Below are positions 18,758 through 27,830 of a stretch of DNA of 64,000 nt, one piece after another (the first letter of the stretch is position 1; every line of letters starts with the position of its first letter). The notes below the pieces were generated by a model. That model had not been told where the DNA came from and did no database searches. It saw nothing but the letters and a program-made list of their open reading frames with translations. The translations under genes were made by a program, and so were the position numbers. This DNA comes from Nitrospinales bacterium (GTDB taxonomy: Bacteria; Nitrospinota; Nitrospinia; Nitrospinales; VA-1): contig CBDCXL010000002.1 in the NCBI GenBank assembly GCA_965223795.1, positions 2,048,001 through 2,112,000 of the forward strand, read 5' to 3'.

Positions 18758-20350
18758 TCAGGTCGCCGGTCCCTTGTCGCGCATCCATTTGCGGATCACC
18801 CCGGCGGTGAACTTGGGATCGTTGGCGACGAATTCGGAGACCGCCTGCTTGATCTGCGCGGACTCGTTCGCCACTTCTCCCAGGCGTTTTTTCTCCTCTT
18901 CGATGGCGTCCATTTCTGCGGCGGTCAGCTGCGCCTGCGGGTCGGGGACCACTTCCATCGACGTGGTCATCCAGTTGATGAGCGGGCGGATGACGCGGGT
19001 GAAGAACAGCAGGATGAACAGGGCGCCGAGGACGTATTTCGCGATCTGAAACGCGAGGTCCATGGTCTCGGCTTTGGCGATGCGTTTTTCCTCGTCCATC
19101 ACCAGCGAGCGGTCGAACTGGACGTTCTCAACCTGGATCTGGTCGCCGCGTTTTTCATCGAAGCCGACGGCGGACTGCACGATCTGCAGGTACTTGGCCA
19201 TTTCCTCGTCGGTGCGGGCCTGGTAGGCGGGCGGCTCGCCGGCCATTGTGCCGTCGATCAGAACGGCGACCGAGAGTTTTTTGATCGAACCCACCGGCCT
19301 TGAGATCGAGCGCACGACTTTGTTGATCTCGTAATTGAAGGTGTTGTTTTCTTTCTCGCGTTTGGCGGCCTGGCCGGAGGCCGCGCCGGGGCTGCCGCCG
19401 CCTGGAACCAGACTCTGTGCGCCGGGAACGCCGCCGGGAGGCAGGGCCCCCAGGGTCGATTCGGTCACCAGCTGCTCGCTGCGCACCACCTGGGAATCGG
19501 GATCGAAGATTTCTTCGGTGCGGTCGATTTTTTCAAAATCCAGATCGGCGTTGACCTGGGCGATAACCTTGCCCTTGCCGAGCGCGTTTTCCAGCATCTT
19601 GACGATGTCCTGCTGCAACTGGTTTTCCACGCGCAGCTTGTGCTGGTAGTTGCTGGACGCCCTCAGGGTGGTCGAGGCGCCTTCCTTGCCGCCGGAAAGG
19701 ATGTTGCCCTTGAGATCCACGACCACCACGTCACGGGCGTCGATCCCCTCCACACTGGCGGACACCAGGTGCACGATCCCCTGGGCCTGTTCTTTGGTGA
19801 GGGACTTTCCGGGCTTGACTTTGATGGTGACGGAGGCCTTGCCGCGCGGCTTTTCTTTTAAAAATAACGTGTCCTTGGGAATGACGAGGTGGACCCGGGC
19901 CTGATCGACGGCGTCCAGGGTCTTGATGGTGCGCGCCAGTTCGCCCTGCAGGGCGCGCTGGAAGTTGAGCTTCTGGATGAAATCGGTCATGCCGAGGGCA
20001 GTTTCCTCGAACATTTCCAGACCCACTTCGCCGCCTTCGGGCAGTCCTTCCGCCGCCAGCTGCAGCCGGAGCTCGTGCATCTGGGACGCCGGGACGCGGA
20101 TGGTCTGGCCGCCTTCGGAGAGCTGGTAGGGAATTTTCTGGGCTTTGAGACGCTCGACGATCTTCGCCGCGTCCTCCGGCGTCAACCGGGCGTACAGCAG
20201 CTGGTAATCGGGCGCCCTGAACCACAGGCTCATTGCGATCAGCGAGGCGATGCCCGCGCCGACAAGCGCCATGACAGCCACCTTCTGCCCCTGGGACATT
20301 TCCTGGAAGCGTTCGGACAACTGTCTGAAAAATGCGGTGAGTGTTTCCAT
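18758..20350 (-). CDS. fliF: Flagellar MS-ring protein FliF
   Basis: RALQGELARTI, ARVHLVIP, HLVSASVEG, VVRSEQ, NYEINK and SAVGFDEKRGD; two TM segments. Confidence 0.96.
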   Translation of the reverse strand: METLTAFFRQLSERFQEMSQGQKVAVMALVGAGIASLIAMSLWFRAPDYQLLYARLTPEDAAKIVERLKAQKIPYQLSEGGQTIRVPASQMHELRLQLAAEGLPEGGEVGLEMFEETALGMTDFIQKLNFQRALQGELARTIKTLDAVDQARVHLVIPKDTLFLKEKPRGKASVTIKVKPGKSLTKEQAQGIVHLVSASVEGIDARDVVVVDLKGNILSGGKEGASTTLRASSNYQHKLRVENQLQQDIVKMLENALGKGKVIAQVNADLDFEKIDRTEEIFDPDSQVVRSEQLVTESTLGALPPGGVPGAQSLVPGGGSPGAASGQAAKREKENNTFNYEINKVVRSISRPVGSIKKLSVAVLIDGTMAGEPPAYQARTDEEMAKYLQIVQSAVGFDEKRGDQIQVENVQFDRSLVMDEEKRIAKAETMDLAFQIAKYVLGALFILLFFTRVIRPLINWMTTSMEVVPDPQAQLTAAEMDAIEEEKKRLGEVANESAQIKQAVSEFVANDPKFTAGVIRKWMRDKGPAT

Positions 20351-20420
20351 GCGTTCTCTTCAATGCACCAGCACCCCGCACTCAGAGCGGGGCGTTTTGC
20401 GCGTTGCTGTCAGCCGGGTG

Positions 20421-20858
20421 TCAGCGTCCCAGTTCGATGGCCCGGAGCGCCATGGATTTCGCCGCGTTCATGGCGGTGATGTTGGCCTCGAACGAACGGG
20501 TGGCGGTGACCATGTCCACGATTTCACTGATGGCGTCGACGTTGGGCAGCTGCAGGTAACCCTGGGCGTCGGCGTCGGGATGGTTGGGTTTGAAAACGGT
20601 CCGCGGATCCTGGGTGTCGCGCACCACGTTGGTGACGAGCACCTGCTGCAGGCTGTCCCCCAGTTCGCTTTTCAGCACCGAGGCGAAGTCGTCCTCCATG
20701 GGAAGGGCGGAGACGACGACGTCTTTTCTCCGGTAGGGCCCCCCTTCCGCGGTGCGGGTGGTTTCCACGTTCGCCAGGTTGCTGGCGATGGTTTCCATCC
20801 GGTGGCGCTGCACGTTCAATCCGGATGCGCTGATCTTCATCGACGTCAAAAAATCCAT
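20421..20858 (-). CDS. flgC: Flagellar basal-body rod protein FlgC
   Basis: ISASGL...ASNLANVETTRT, GGPYRRK, PNHPDAD, PNVD and RSFEAN; ATG at 20858 with upstream GGAG. Confidence 0.95.
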   Translation of the reverse strand: MDFLTSMKISASGLNVQRHRMETIASNLANVETTRTAEGGPYRRKDVVVSALPMEDDFASVLKSELGDSLQQVLVTNVVRDTQDPRTVFKPNHPDADAQGYLQLPNVDAISEIVDMVTATRSFEANITAMNAAKSMALRAIELGR

Positions 20859-20939
20859 GGTCTCTCCGTCTCGAAAATGGGAATCGGGTAAAGAAATCAA
20901 AACCCGGCGCAAACTGCGGCAAAAGACTTAAAAATTAAA

Positions 20940-20955
20940 AGCAAGTTCTATACCA
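20940..20955 (-). promoter_or_regulatory. sigma54 (-24/-12) promoter of the flgC-fliFGHIJ operon
   Basis: Minus strand TGGTATAGAACTTGCT = GG-N10-GC, ~80 nt upstream of flgC. Confidence 0.8.
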
Positions 20956-21089
20956 AAGCCAGTCCATCCGGCGATGTCACAAAGCCCTGTGGCGGAGGTT
21001 TAAGCTTAATGTAATCAACGGCTTTTTGGAGGGGCGCCGCGGTCCGGATTTTCAGGATGATGGATTTGGGCGGCGGGTGTGAAAAAACT

Positions 21090-21103
21090 GTCAGGGATTT
21101 GAC
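21090..21103. promoter_or_regulatory. Candidate enhancer box GTCA-N6-TGAC
   Basis: GTCAGGGATTTGAC, ~135 bp upstream of the flgC sigma54 promoter; same format as the box at 26573. Confidence 0.5.
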
Positions 21104-21132
21104 GATTAGGCAAAATTTGCACCGGTTGCGGA

Positions 21133-22509
21133 TCAGGTTGCGGATTTTTTGTGCTGGTATTCGGTGAGTTTGTTGCGCAGGGTGCGGATGCTGATGCCCA
21201 GGGATTCGGCGGCGCGGGTCTTGTTGCCGTTGACTTCCTGCAGTGTCTGTAAAATAAGCTCTTTTTCCATATCGTAGATGGTGCCACGCAGTTTGGTGAC
21301 GGGCCCTGCGTCGCGGACGGGATCGCTTTCCTCTTCGAAAAACAGGTTGGCGGGTTTTAAGGTGTCCTCTTTGCACAACAGCACGGCGCGTTCGATGATG
21401 TTGCCGAGTTCACGGACGTTGCCGGGCCAGTGGTATTTTTTCAGCAGGGCGAGCGTAGCATCGTCGATGCCGTGGATTGTCTTGTTGTTGTCCTGGCAAT
21501 GCTCGCCAAGAAAATGTTCCGCGAGAAGCGGAATGTCCTCGGGGCGCTCGCGCAGGGGCAGCAGTTTGACGGGAATCACGTTCAGCCGGAAATACAAATC
21601 CTCGCGAAACTGGTTTTCCTTGATCCTCTGCTTGATGTCGCGGTTGGTGGTGGCGATCACGCGCACGTCCACCGGAATCGGTTCCTTGCCGCCCACCTTG
21701 TCGATCTCGTGTTCCTGCAGCACACGCAACAGCTTGGCCTGAAGCGGCAGGCTCATCTCGGTCACTTCATCGAGCAGCAGGGTGCCTCTGCCCGCAAGCT
21801 CGAACTTTCCCTCTTTGCGGTAATCGGCGCCGGTGAAGGCGCCTTTTTCGTGGCCGAACATTTCGGTTTCCAACAGCCCTTCGGGCAGGGCGGCGCAGTT
21901 GATGGGCATGAAGGGCTTGTCGGAGCGCGGACTGCACTGATGGATGTAGCGGGCGATCAGTTCCTTGCCGGTTCCGGTCTCGCCCATGATGAGGACGGTG
22001 GACTTGCTGTAGGCGATGTTTTCGACGAACTTGAGAAGCTCCTGCATCTCGGGATTCTGGGTGAGGATGCGGCGTTTTTCCACCGGCTTGGCGCTGGCGG
22101 CCTCGGCCGGAAGCGGGCTGGCGGGAAGCACGGCGTCGCCCATGAAGGCGCGGTTGACGGTGGAGATGAGGATGTCGGCGGAGAAGGGCTTGAGCAGGTA
22201 GTCGAACGCGCCCATCTTCATGGTTTCGACGGCGTTGTCGATGTCGCCGTAAGCGGTCATCATGATGACCGCGGTTTCCGGCGCCCGCTGTTTGATCTCG
22301 CGCAGCAGGTTCACGCCGTCGAGACGGGGCATGCGCACATCGGAGATCACAAGATCGAAGGAGCCGTTTTTGAATTTCTCCAGCGCCTCGGCGCCGTCCT
22401 CGGCGGACACATAGGGGTAGCCTTCGCGTTTCAGAGTGGTCTCGAGGGCGACGCGCATTTCGCTTTCGTCGTCCACGATCAGGATGGATTTGTTGGCGTT
22501 AGTTTTCAT
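21133..22509 (-). CDS. sigma54-dependent response regulator (FlgR/FleR/FlrC-like)
   Basis: Receiver (IVDD, DVRMP, KPF), GETGTGKE, GAFTGA, LLDEV, WPGNVREL and Fis-type HTH. Confidence 0.92.
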   Translation of the reverse strand: MKTNANKSILIVDDESEMRVALETTLKREGYPYVSAEDGAEALEKFKNGSFDLVISDVRMPRLDGVNLLREIKQRAPETAVIMMTAYGDIDNAVETMKMGAFDYLLKPFSADILISTVNRAFMGDAVLPASPLPAEAASAKPVEKRRILTQNPEMQELLKFVENIAYSKSTVLIMGETGTGKELIARYIHQCSPRSDKPFMPINCAALPEGLLETEMFGHEKGAFTGADYRKEGKFELAGRGTLLLDEVTEMSLPLQAKLLRVLQEHEIDKVGGKEPIPVDVRVIATTNRDIKQRIKENQFREDLYFRLNVIPVKLLPLRERPEDIPLLAEHFLGEHCQDNNKTIHGIDDATLALLKKYHWPGNVRELGNIIERAVLLCKEDTLKPANLFFEEESDPVRDAGPVTKLRGTIYDMEKELILQTLQEVNGNKTRAAESLGISIRTLRNKLTEYQHKKSAT

Positions 22510-23767
22510 CCAGTTCGTCGTCCCAGGATGGCAGCTTCACGGTGAACGTGGTGCCGCGTCCTTCTTCGCTGTCCGCATCGATCGTTCCCTGGTGGGCCTT
22601 GATGATGTTGTGGGAAATGGAGAGGCCGAGGCCGGTCCCTTTTTCCTTGGTGGTGAAGAAGGGGTTGAAGATTTTCATGAGGTGATGGGAGGGGATGCCG
22701 CCGCCGGTGTCGGTGACGGTGATGGTGATGAACTGACGGTGGTCCTCTCCGGAGCTTTTGCCCTGCTGTGTGGCCAGTGTCAGCTCGCCGCCCTGCGGCA
22801 TGGATTGAATGCCGTTGCGGATGAGATTGAGGAACACCTGTTTCAGCAATTCCTTGTCGCCGCAGACCAGCAGGTCTTCGGGGCTGAAATCCGGAACGAT
22901 GGTGACGTTTTCGGGAACGGTCAATGCGGATGTGTCGTTGAGCAGGTTTTCGATGAGCTCTTTGGCGTTGCACTTCTGCCTGGACGGGCGCGGGGATTTG
23001 GCGAACAGCAGCAGCGCGGAGATGATGCGGTCCATGTTCTTGACGCCGGACTGAATGTGCTCGACGAGGTGCTTTTTTTCTGCGTCGTGGGCGAGATCCT
23101 TTTTCAGCAGCGACGCGAACAGCTCGATGCCTCCCAATGGATTGCGGATCTCATGGGCGATGCCCGCCGCCATCTCTCCCATGGCACGAAGCCGCTGATT
23201 TCTCTGGGCCTCAAACTCGAGACGGCGGACTTCGCTGAGATCCTGCAGGATCAAAACGGTGCCGATCGGCGTTTCGCTGGGGTCGAGGACGAACGAAGCG
23301 GAGGCGCGGATGTGCACGGGCCGGTCGCCTTTGCCGGGGATGTCCCGCTCCAGGCTGAGCGGGCCGTTTCCGGTCTTACCCAGCCGCTGGATCATGTTCT
23401 CGAACAGGTCGTGCGAAAATACGGTTTTCAGGGGTCGGCCCAGGCAGGCGTCCGGCGATTTTCCGGTGATGGCGCCCGCGGTTTTGTTGAAGGTGGTGAT
23501 GCGTTCGTCCACGTCCACCACGATGACGCCGGTGGTGAGGCTTTCCAGGATGTTGTGCAGGTAGTTTTTGACTTCCTCTTTTTCCTTGAGATTTTTTTCC
23601 AGGGCTTCGTTCTTTTTGGCCAGCTCCAGATCCAGCGCTTTCACACGTTCCTTGAGGTTGTTGTAGGAGTCCTGAAGCTGCTGCGTGGCTTCGTTGAACG
23701 CCTGAAACGCCTGGCTTAATATTTCAACTTCTTCTTTGGATTTGTTTCCCTGGCGGGGTTCGTTCAT
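22499..23767 (-). CDS. Cytoplasmic PAS sensor histidine kinase (FlgS/FleS-like)
   Basis: Coiled coil, PAS, AHEIRNPL H-box, N box, DTGGG, FFTTKEKGTGLGL; no TM segment. Confidence 0.92.
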   Translation of the reverse strand: MNEPRQGNKSKEEVEILSQAFQAFNEATQQLQDSYNNLKERVKALDLELAKKNEALEKNLKEKEEVKNYLHNILESLTTGVIVVDVDERITTFNKTAGAITGKSPDACLGRPLKTVFSHDLFENMIQRLGKTGNGPLSLERDIPGKGDRPVHIRASASFVLDPSETPIGTVLILQDLSEVRRLEFEAQRNQRLRAMGEMAAGIAHEIRNPLGGIELFASLLKKDLAHDAEKKHLVEHIQSGVKNMDRIISALLLFAKSPRPSRQKCNAKELIENLLNDTSALTVPENVTIVPDFSPEDLLVCGDKELLKQVFLNLIRNGIQSMPQGGELTLATQQGKSSGEDHRQFITITVTDTGGGIPSHHLMKIFNPFFTTKEKGTGLGLSISHNIIKAHQGTIDADSEEGRGTTFTVKLPSWDDELDEN

Positions 23768-23822
23768 TGAAAAAAAACACAAGGTGAGAGGTGGGACGAT
23801 CCGGCGAACTCATTATAGAGGA

Positions 23823-26363
23823 TCAGAGGCTTTCTTTAAATTCTTTTTCCCAGTTCAGCACGCGCAGTTTGGATTCGGCGGCCTGTTTGATGAGCCGGTC
23901 GGTGTCTCCGGACTGAATCATTGTGTTCAACTTGTCGTTGAGTCTGGGAGTGTCTTTCATCTCCTGGTAGATGACGGCCAGCAGGTAGTCCGCCCAGTCG
24001 CGCAGGGAATGCTCGGGAAACAGGTTGCGCGCCGATTCCAGGGCGCGGGCGGCCTGCGGATAGCGTTTCATCTGATAGAGCGCGATGCCCATGCGGTAGT
24101 GGGCGCGGCGGATGTGCGCGGGGACGAACTTGGCGGTGCGGTCGAACGCGTTGATCGCTTTGAGGTAATGGCGCACGGCTTTGGGGAGGTCGTTCAGGCT
24201 GTAGTGCGTCTCGGCGATCAGGTACTGGGTTTCATGGGCGCCGCCTTTTTCCTTGAGCGCCAGCTGCTGGTACACTCTCAGGGCTTTTTTGTACTGCTTC
24301 CTCCCCGCGTGCGACTGCGCCAAAAGCTTCATGGCGGTGGCGATTCGCGGGCTTGAAGGATAGTTTCTGGTGAAAGATTTGGCGATCAGTTCCGCTTCGT
24401 CGTAATTTTTCTGTTCCAGGTGGATGCGGCCGAGGTTGAGAAAAATCCGGTCGCGGTAGAGTTTTCTCGAATCCAGCTCGCGGATGCGTTCGTAAAATTT
24501 CAGCGCCTGCGGATACATGCCGATCGCCTGATAGGCTTCGCCGATCTGCAGCAGGGTTTTCGTGTTGTTGACTTCGCCGAGAGACAGGCTGACAAAGTCG
24601 CTGTACGAGTACAGGATCGGCAGCACGCCGCCCTGCCGGGAATACTTGTCCACCAGGAACACCAGGGTCTGCTTGATGTATTTCTGCGCGCGCGCGTGAA
24701 ACTCGGTGTCCGGACCCATCGGCAACAGTTTTTTGAATTCCGCCAGCGCCTTGAGATAGCTCTGTTCCTTAAGATGGGCGATGCCGCGGCTCAGCGTCGC
24801 CTCGGCGAGGATGTTCACGTCTTTCGCCTGTTTGAAAACCGCGTCGTAGGTTTCAAACGGCTGGTAATAGGGACTGGAGTCGTAGATGATCTCCTGCACC
24901 TTGAGCCGGGGATCGAGGATGCCGATGTCGGCCATGCGGATTTTGCCGTACTGGGCGGCGGCGCTTCCCGGGTTGCGCTTGGCGGACTCATCGAACACGG
25001 CGATCGCGTTCAGGTACTGGCGCTCGATCAGGTAGGAATCGCCGATCAGGTTGAGGGCCCGGTGCGACTGGGGCCCGTCGGGATCCAGGTTGATCAGGCT
25101 GAAGAAATGCTCGCGCGCCGGCGCGTAGCGTTTCTCACGGTAATAAATGTCGCCCATGTTGAAATGGATCCTGGGATTGTTGTTGAGTTCCGTGGGCCAG
25201 CGCTTTTCACCGTCCTCATAGATTTCGAGAGCGCGGCGGTGGTTGCCGGTTTCGTAGTAATGCTCGGCGATCTGAAAGATGGCGGAGCGCGCCTCGATGT
25301 TCTTGGGGGACTTGATCAATAGCCGTTTGAAGGCGGCGTGGGCTTCCTCGTAACGGCCTTCCTTGAGCATCATCTGGGCGAGGTTGAATTTCCGGGACGG
25401 CGTGTACGGGCTGTTGGGCTGTTCCTTGAGCACGTTCTCGTAGATCGTTTTGGCTTCGAGGATGAATCCCATTTCGGCATAGATGAACGCGATTTTATCG
25501 GTCGCATGCGACGCGAAGGGCGATTTGGGAAACTGCCGGATCGCCTTTTTGTAGGCGGTGAGCGCTTCCTCGTAAATGGGATTGGGTTCGCGGAACGCAA
25601 CCTGAAATTTCGCCTCCGCATTCAGGAACACGATGTGGTCCAGGTACTTGCTGTCGGGAAAACGGTCCATAAAGGCTTCGAACAACTTGAGGGCTTCCGG
25701 ATAGTTGCGGTCCTGAAAGACCTTGAGGGCGGCCTCGTATTCATCCCGCCCGCTGACCAGCCGGTCCTCGACGTTCTGGCGGTTCAGCTCGCGCAGCCGT
25801 GAAGTCGTCATGCCGGCGATGGAGGGCTTCCTTCCCGGCCGCGCCGGCGCCTCCGGTGCGATGCGTCTGGCGGTGGGCTCCGGCTGTGAAACCTGCCGCC
25901 CGGAACCGGAGTTGCCGATTTCGGTCTGAATGACGGGTTTTTTCTCCGCTTTCAAATCGACGACGATGCGCGATTGTTCCGCATCTAAAAAATGAAAAAA
26001 ACGGGTGTTGGTTGTTTTGAGATGAAAGACAATGTCCAGGGTGTCCTTGCCGGTGCGGACCTGGATCTTTTCCAGGTTGCGGTCCTTGAACGCCCGCGAG
26101 CGCACTTCGGGACCGACGCGCACCTGATTCAGGATCAGGGTGATTCGTTTTCTGATAAAATTCGCTTCCACTTTGTAGTTGGCGGGCTCGGTCAATTGAA
26201 TGATGATGCGCGTGTATTCCGGGTGAGGGCCGATGCGGACCTTCTCCACGCGGGGCAGACCCGCCGCGCCGGAGGGCAGGGACAGGAGCGCCGCGGTCAG
26301 CAGGAGTGCGATGCCGCCGAGGATGACTTTGGATTGGAATATGGATTTTGTTTTCACGGTCAC
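23823..26363 (-). CDS. Exported AMIN-like domain plus TPR-repeat protein (possibly PflA-like)
   Basis: Signal peptide; N-terminal beta domain (VRIGPHPEYTRIII...SRIVVDL), Pro-rich linker, ~640 aa of TPR-like helices; heads the flagellar kinase/regulator operon. Confidence 0.75.
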   Translation of the reverse strand: MTVKTKSIFQSKVILGGIALLLTAALLSLPSGAAGLPRVEKVRIGPHPEYTRIIIQLTEPANYKVEANFIRKRITLILNQVRVGPEVRSRAFKDRNLEKIQVRTGKDTLDIVFHLKTTNTRFFHFLDAEQSRIVVDLKAEKKPVIQTEIGNSGSGRQVSQPEPTARRIAPEAPARPGRKPSIAGMTTSRLRELNRQNVEDRLVSGRDEYEAALKVFQDRNYPEALKLFEAFMDRFPDSKYLDHIVFLNAEAKFQVAFREPNPIYEEALTAYKKAIRQFPKSPFASHATDKIAFIYAEMGFILEAKTIYENVLKEQPNSPYTPSRKFNLAQMMLKEGRYEEAHAAFKRLLIKSPKNIEARSAIFQIAEHYYETGNHRRALEIYEDGEKRWPTELNNNPRIHFNMGDIYYREKRYAPAREHFFSLINLDPDGPQSHRALNLIGDSYLIERQYLNAIAVFDESAKRNPGSAAAQYGKIRMADIGILDPRLKVQEIIYDSSPYYQPFETYDAVFKQAKDVNILAEATLSRGIAHLKEQSYLKALAEFKKLLPMGPDTEFHARAQKYIKQTLVFLVDKYSRQGGVLPILYSYSDFVSLSLGEVNNTKTLLQIGEAYQAIGMYPQALKFYERIRELDSRKLYRDRIFLNLGRIHLEQKNYDEAELIAKSFTRNYPSSPRIATAMKLLAQSHAGRKQYKKALRVYQQLALKEKGGAHETQYLIAETHYSLNDLPKAVRHYLKAINAFDRTAKFVPAHIRRAHYRMGIALYQMKRYPQAARALESARNLFPEHSLRDWADYLLAVIYQEMKDTPRLNDKLNTMIQSGDTDRLIKQAAESKLRVLNWEKEFKESL

Positions 26364-26397
26364 CGATGCGCCTGGACAAAGTACACAATTTAATTAA

Positions 26398-26413
26398 AGC
26401 AAATTCCATACCG
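26398..26413 (-). promoter_or_regulatory. sigma54 promoter of the TPR-kinase-regulator operon
   Basis: Minus strand CGGTATGGAATTTGCT = GG-N10-GC, very similar to the flgC promoter. Confidence 0.7.
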
Positions 26414-26423
26414 GGATTGCCAA

Positions 26424-26450
26424 TCAATTCCAGGGTGCTTAAGCCGATGA
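26424..26450 (+). promoter_or_regulatory. sigma28 (FliA)-like promoter for GGDEF-HDOD
   Basis: TCAA-N15-GCCGATGA versus consensus TAAA-N15-GCCGATAA. Confidence 0.55.
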
Positions 26451-26572
26451 AAACGGGACCGTTAACTCGTTTCTTTCCTTGTGCAAACGCTTAAGGTGTT
26501 GAATAATAACAAGGCGTGGATATTTTTAAGGAAATATGACGAGGAAAATGCCGTTACTTTGAACGATGCGAT

Positions 26573-26586
26573 GTCATAATTTTGAC
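26573..26586. promoter_or_regulatory. Candidate enhancer box GTCA-N6-TGAC (FleQ-box-like)
   Basis: GTCATAATTTTGAC, ~160 bp upstream of the second sigma54 promoter. Confidence 0.55.
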
Positions 26587-26588
26587 TG

Positions 26589-27749
26589 ATGCCGGAATCA
26601 AACCTTCTGCCTGGAGCGAACCCGTCTTTCCGAAACCGTGAGTCCATGGATAGAGACAGGATCGAAAAGCTCAAAAAGCAGGAAGCGCGGGTGGTCAGCG
26701 ATCTGCTGAAAAAGCAGAACGCCATGCTCGGCCGCTCGCTTTTCGATCTGGACAAGCTGATTTTTCTGCAGAAGAGCATCAGCCTGATGCGGCTGGGTGA
26801 AATCAGCAAGATTCTGGCGGACCGGCTCCCCAACGTCCTTTCCATCAAATTTTTTTCGCTGTTTCTCTACGACAAGGGCAAACGGCTCCTGCAGCTCTCC
26901 AGCCACAACCATCCCGACCTCAAGCCCGGCCTGACCATCCGCCAGAGCGAATCGGAAATCATGAACCAGGCGCTGGTCTCGGGAAAATACATCCTCGAGC
27001 AGGAGTATTCCCATTCCAGGTTTTTTCACGGCAACAAAAATCCGCTGTACGGATCGGATTTTTTCGTCACCATTCCTTTGATGATCGAAAACGAAAACAT
27101 CGGCGTGCTCAATCTCAACGACAACGAGAAGGGTTATTTCAACGTGATGGACCTGGATTTCATCCTCAACGTTTCCGAGTTCATCTCTCTTTCGATCAGC
27201 AACGCGCAGTCGTTTGAAAAGGCCGAGCGGCTTTCCGTGACCGACGGTCTCACCGGGCTGACCAACCGGCAGCACATGCAGTTTCTGCTCAAGAGCGAGA
27301 TCCTGAGGAGCCGCCGCTACAAATCCCCGTTGTCGCTGGTGATGCTGGATGTGGATCATTTCAAGGAGGTGAACGATACGTTCGGACACCAGGAGGGCGA
27401 CGACGTGCTGATCACGATCGCTTCCATCCTCAAGCGGATCTGCCGGTCGCAGGATGTGGCCGCCCGTTACGGCGGCGAGGAATTCGTGCTGGTCCTGCCG
27501 GAGACCAAGTCCACCGGCGCCTGGGTCATTGCGGAACGGGTCCGCGAAGCGGTGGAAAAGGTGAAGTTCCGGCACGACACCACCGGTTACCATGTGACCG
27601 TGAGCTGCGGCATCGCGGCCTTCGATCCGCAAACGGTGATCGATCACATCGACCTGATCCGGGTCGCCGACCTGGCCCTGTACCGGGCGAAAGAGACCGG
27701 GCGCAACCGGTCGGTGCAGTGGTCGGCCGAGGAGTTCAAAGAGGGCTGA
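26589..27749 (+). CDS. GAF-GGDEF diguanylate cyclase
   Basis: TDGLTGLTNR, DVDHFKEVNDTFGH, RSQD I-site and GGEEF; GAF-like domain upstream. Alternative start at 26646. Confidence 0.92.
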   Translation: MPESNLLPGANPSFRNRESMDRDRIEKLKKQEARVVSDLLKKQNAMLGRSLFDLDKLIFLQKSISLMRLGEISKILADRLPNVLSIKFFSLFLYDKGKRLLQLSSHNHPDLKPGLTIRQSESEIMNQALVSGKYILEQEYSHSRFFHGNKNPLYGSDFFVTIPLMIENENIGVLNLNDNEKGYFNVMDLDFILNVSEFISLSISNAQSFEKAERLSVTDGLTGLTNRQHMQFLLKSEILRSRRYKSPLSLVMLDVDHFKEVNDTFGHQEGDDVLITIASILKRICRSQDVAARYGGEEFVLVLPETKSTGAWVIAERVREAVEKVKFRHDTTGYHVTVSCGIAAFDPQTVIDHIDLIRVADLALYRAKETGRNRSVQWSAEEFKEG

Positions 27750-27830
27750 ACCGGTTGTCATCGCGCGGACACGGCTGTGCCCGAGCGCGCGGACGTTTGC
27801 TTCCGGTTTGTCCCGCATTGGAGACGACGC

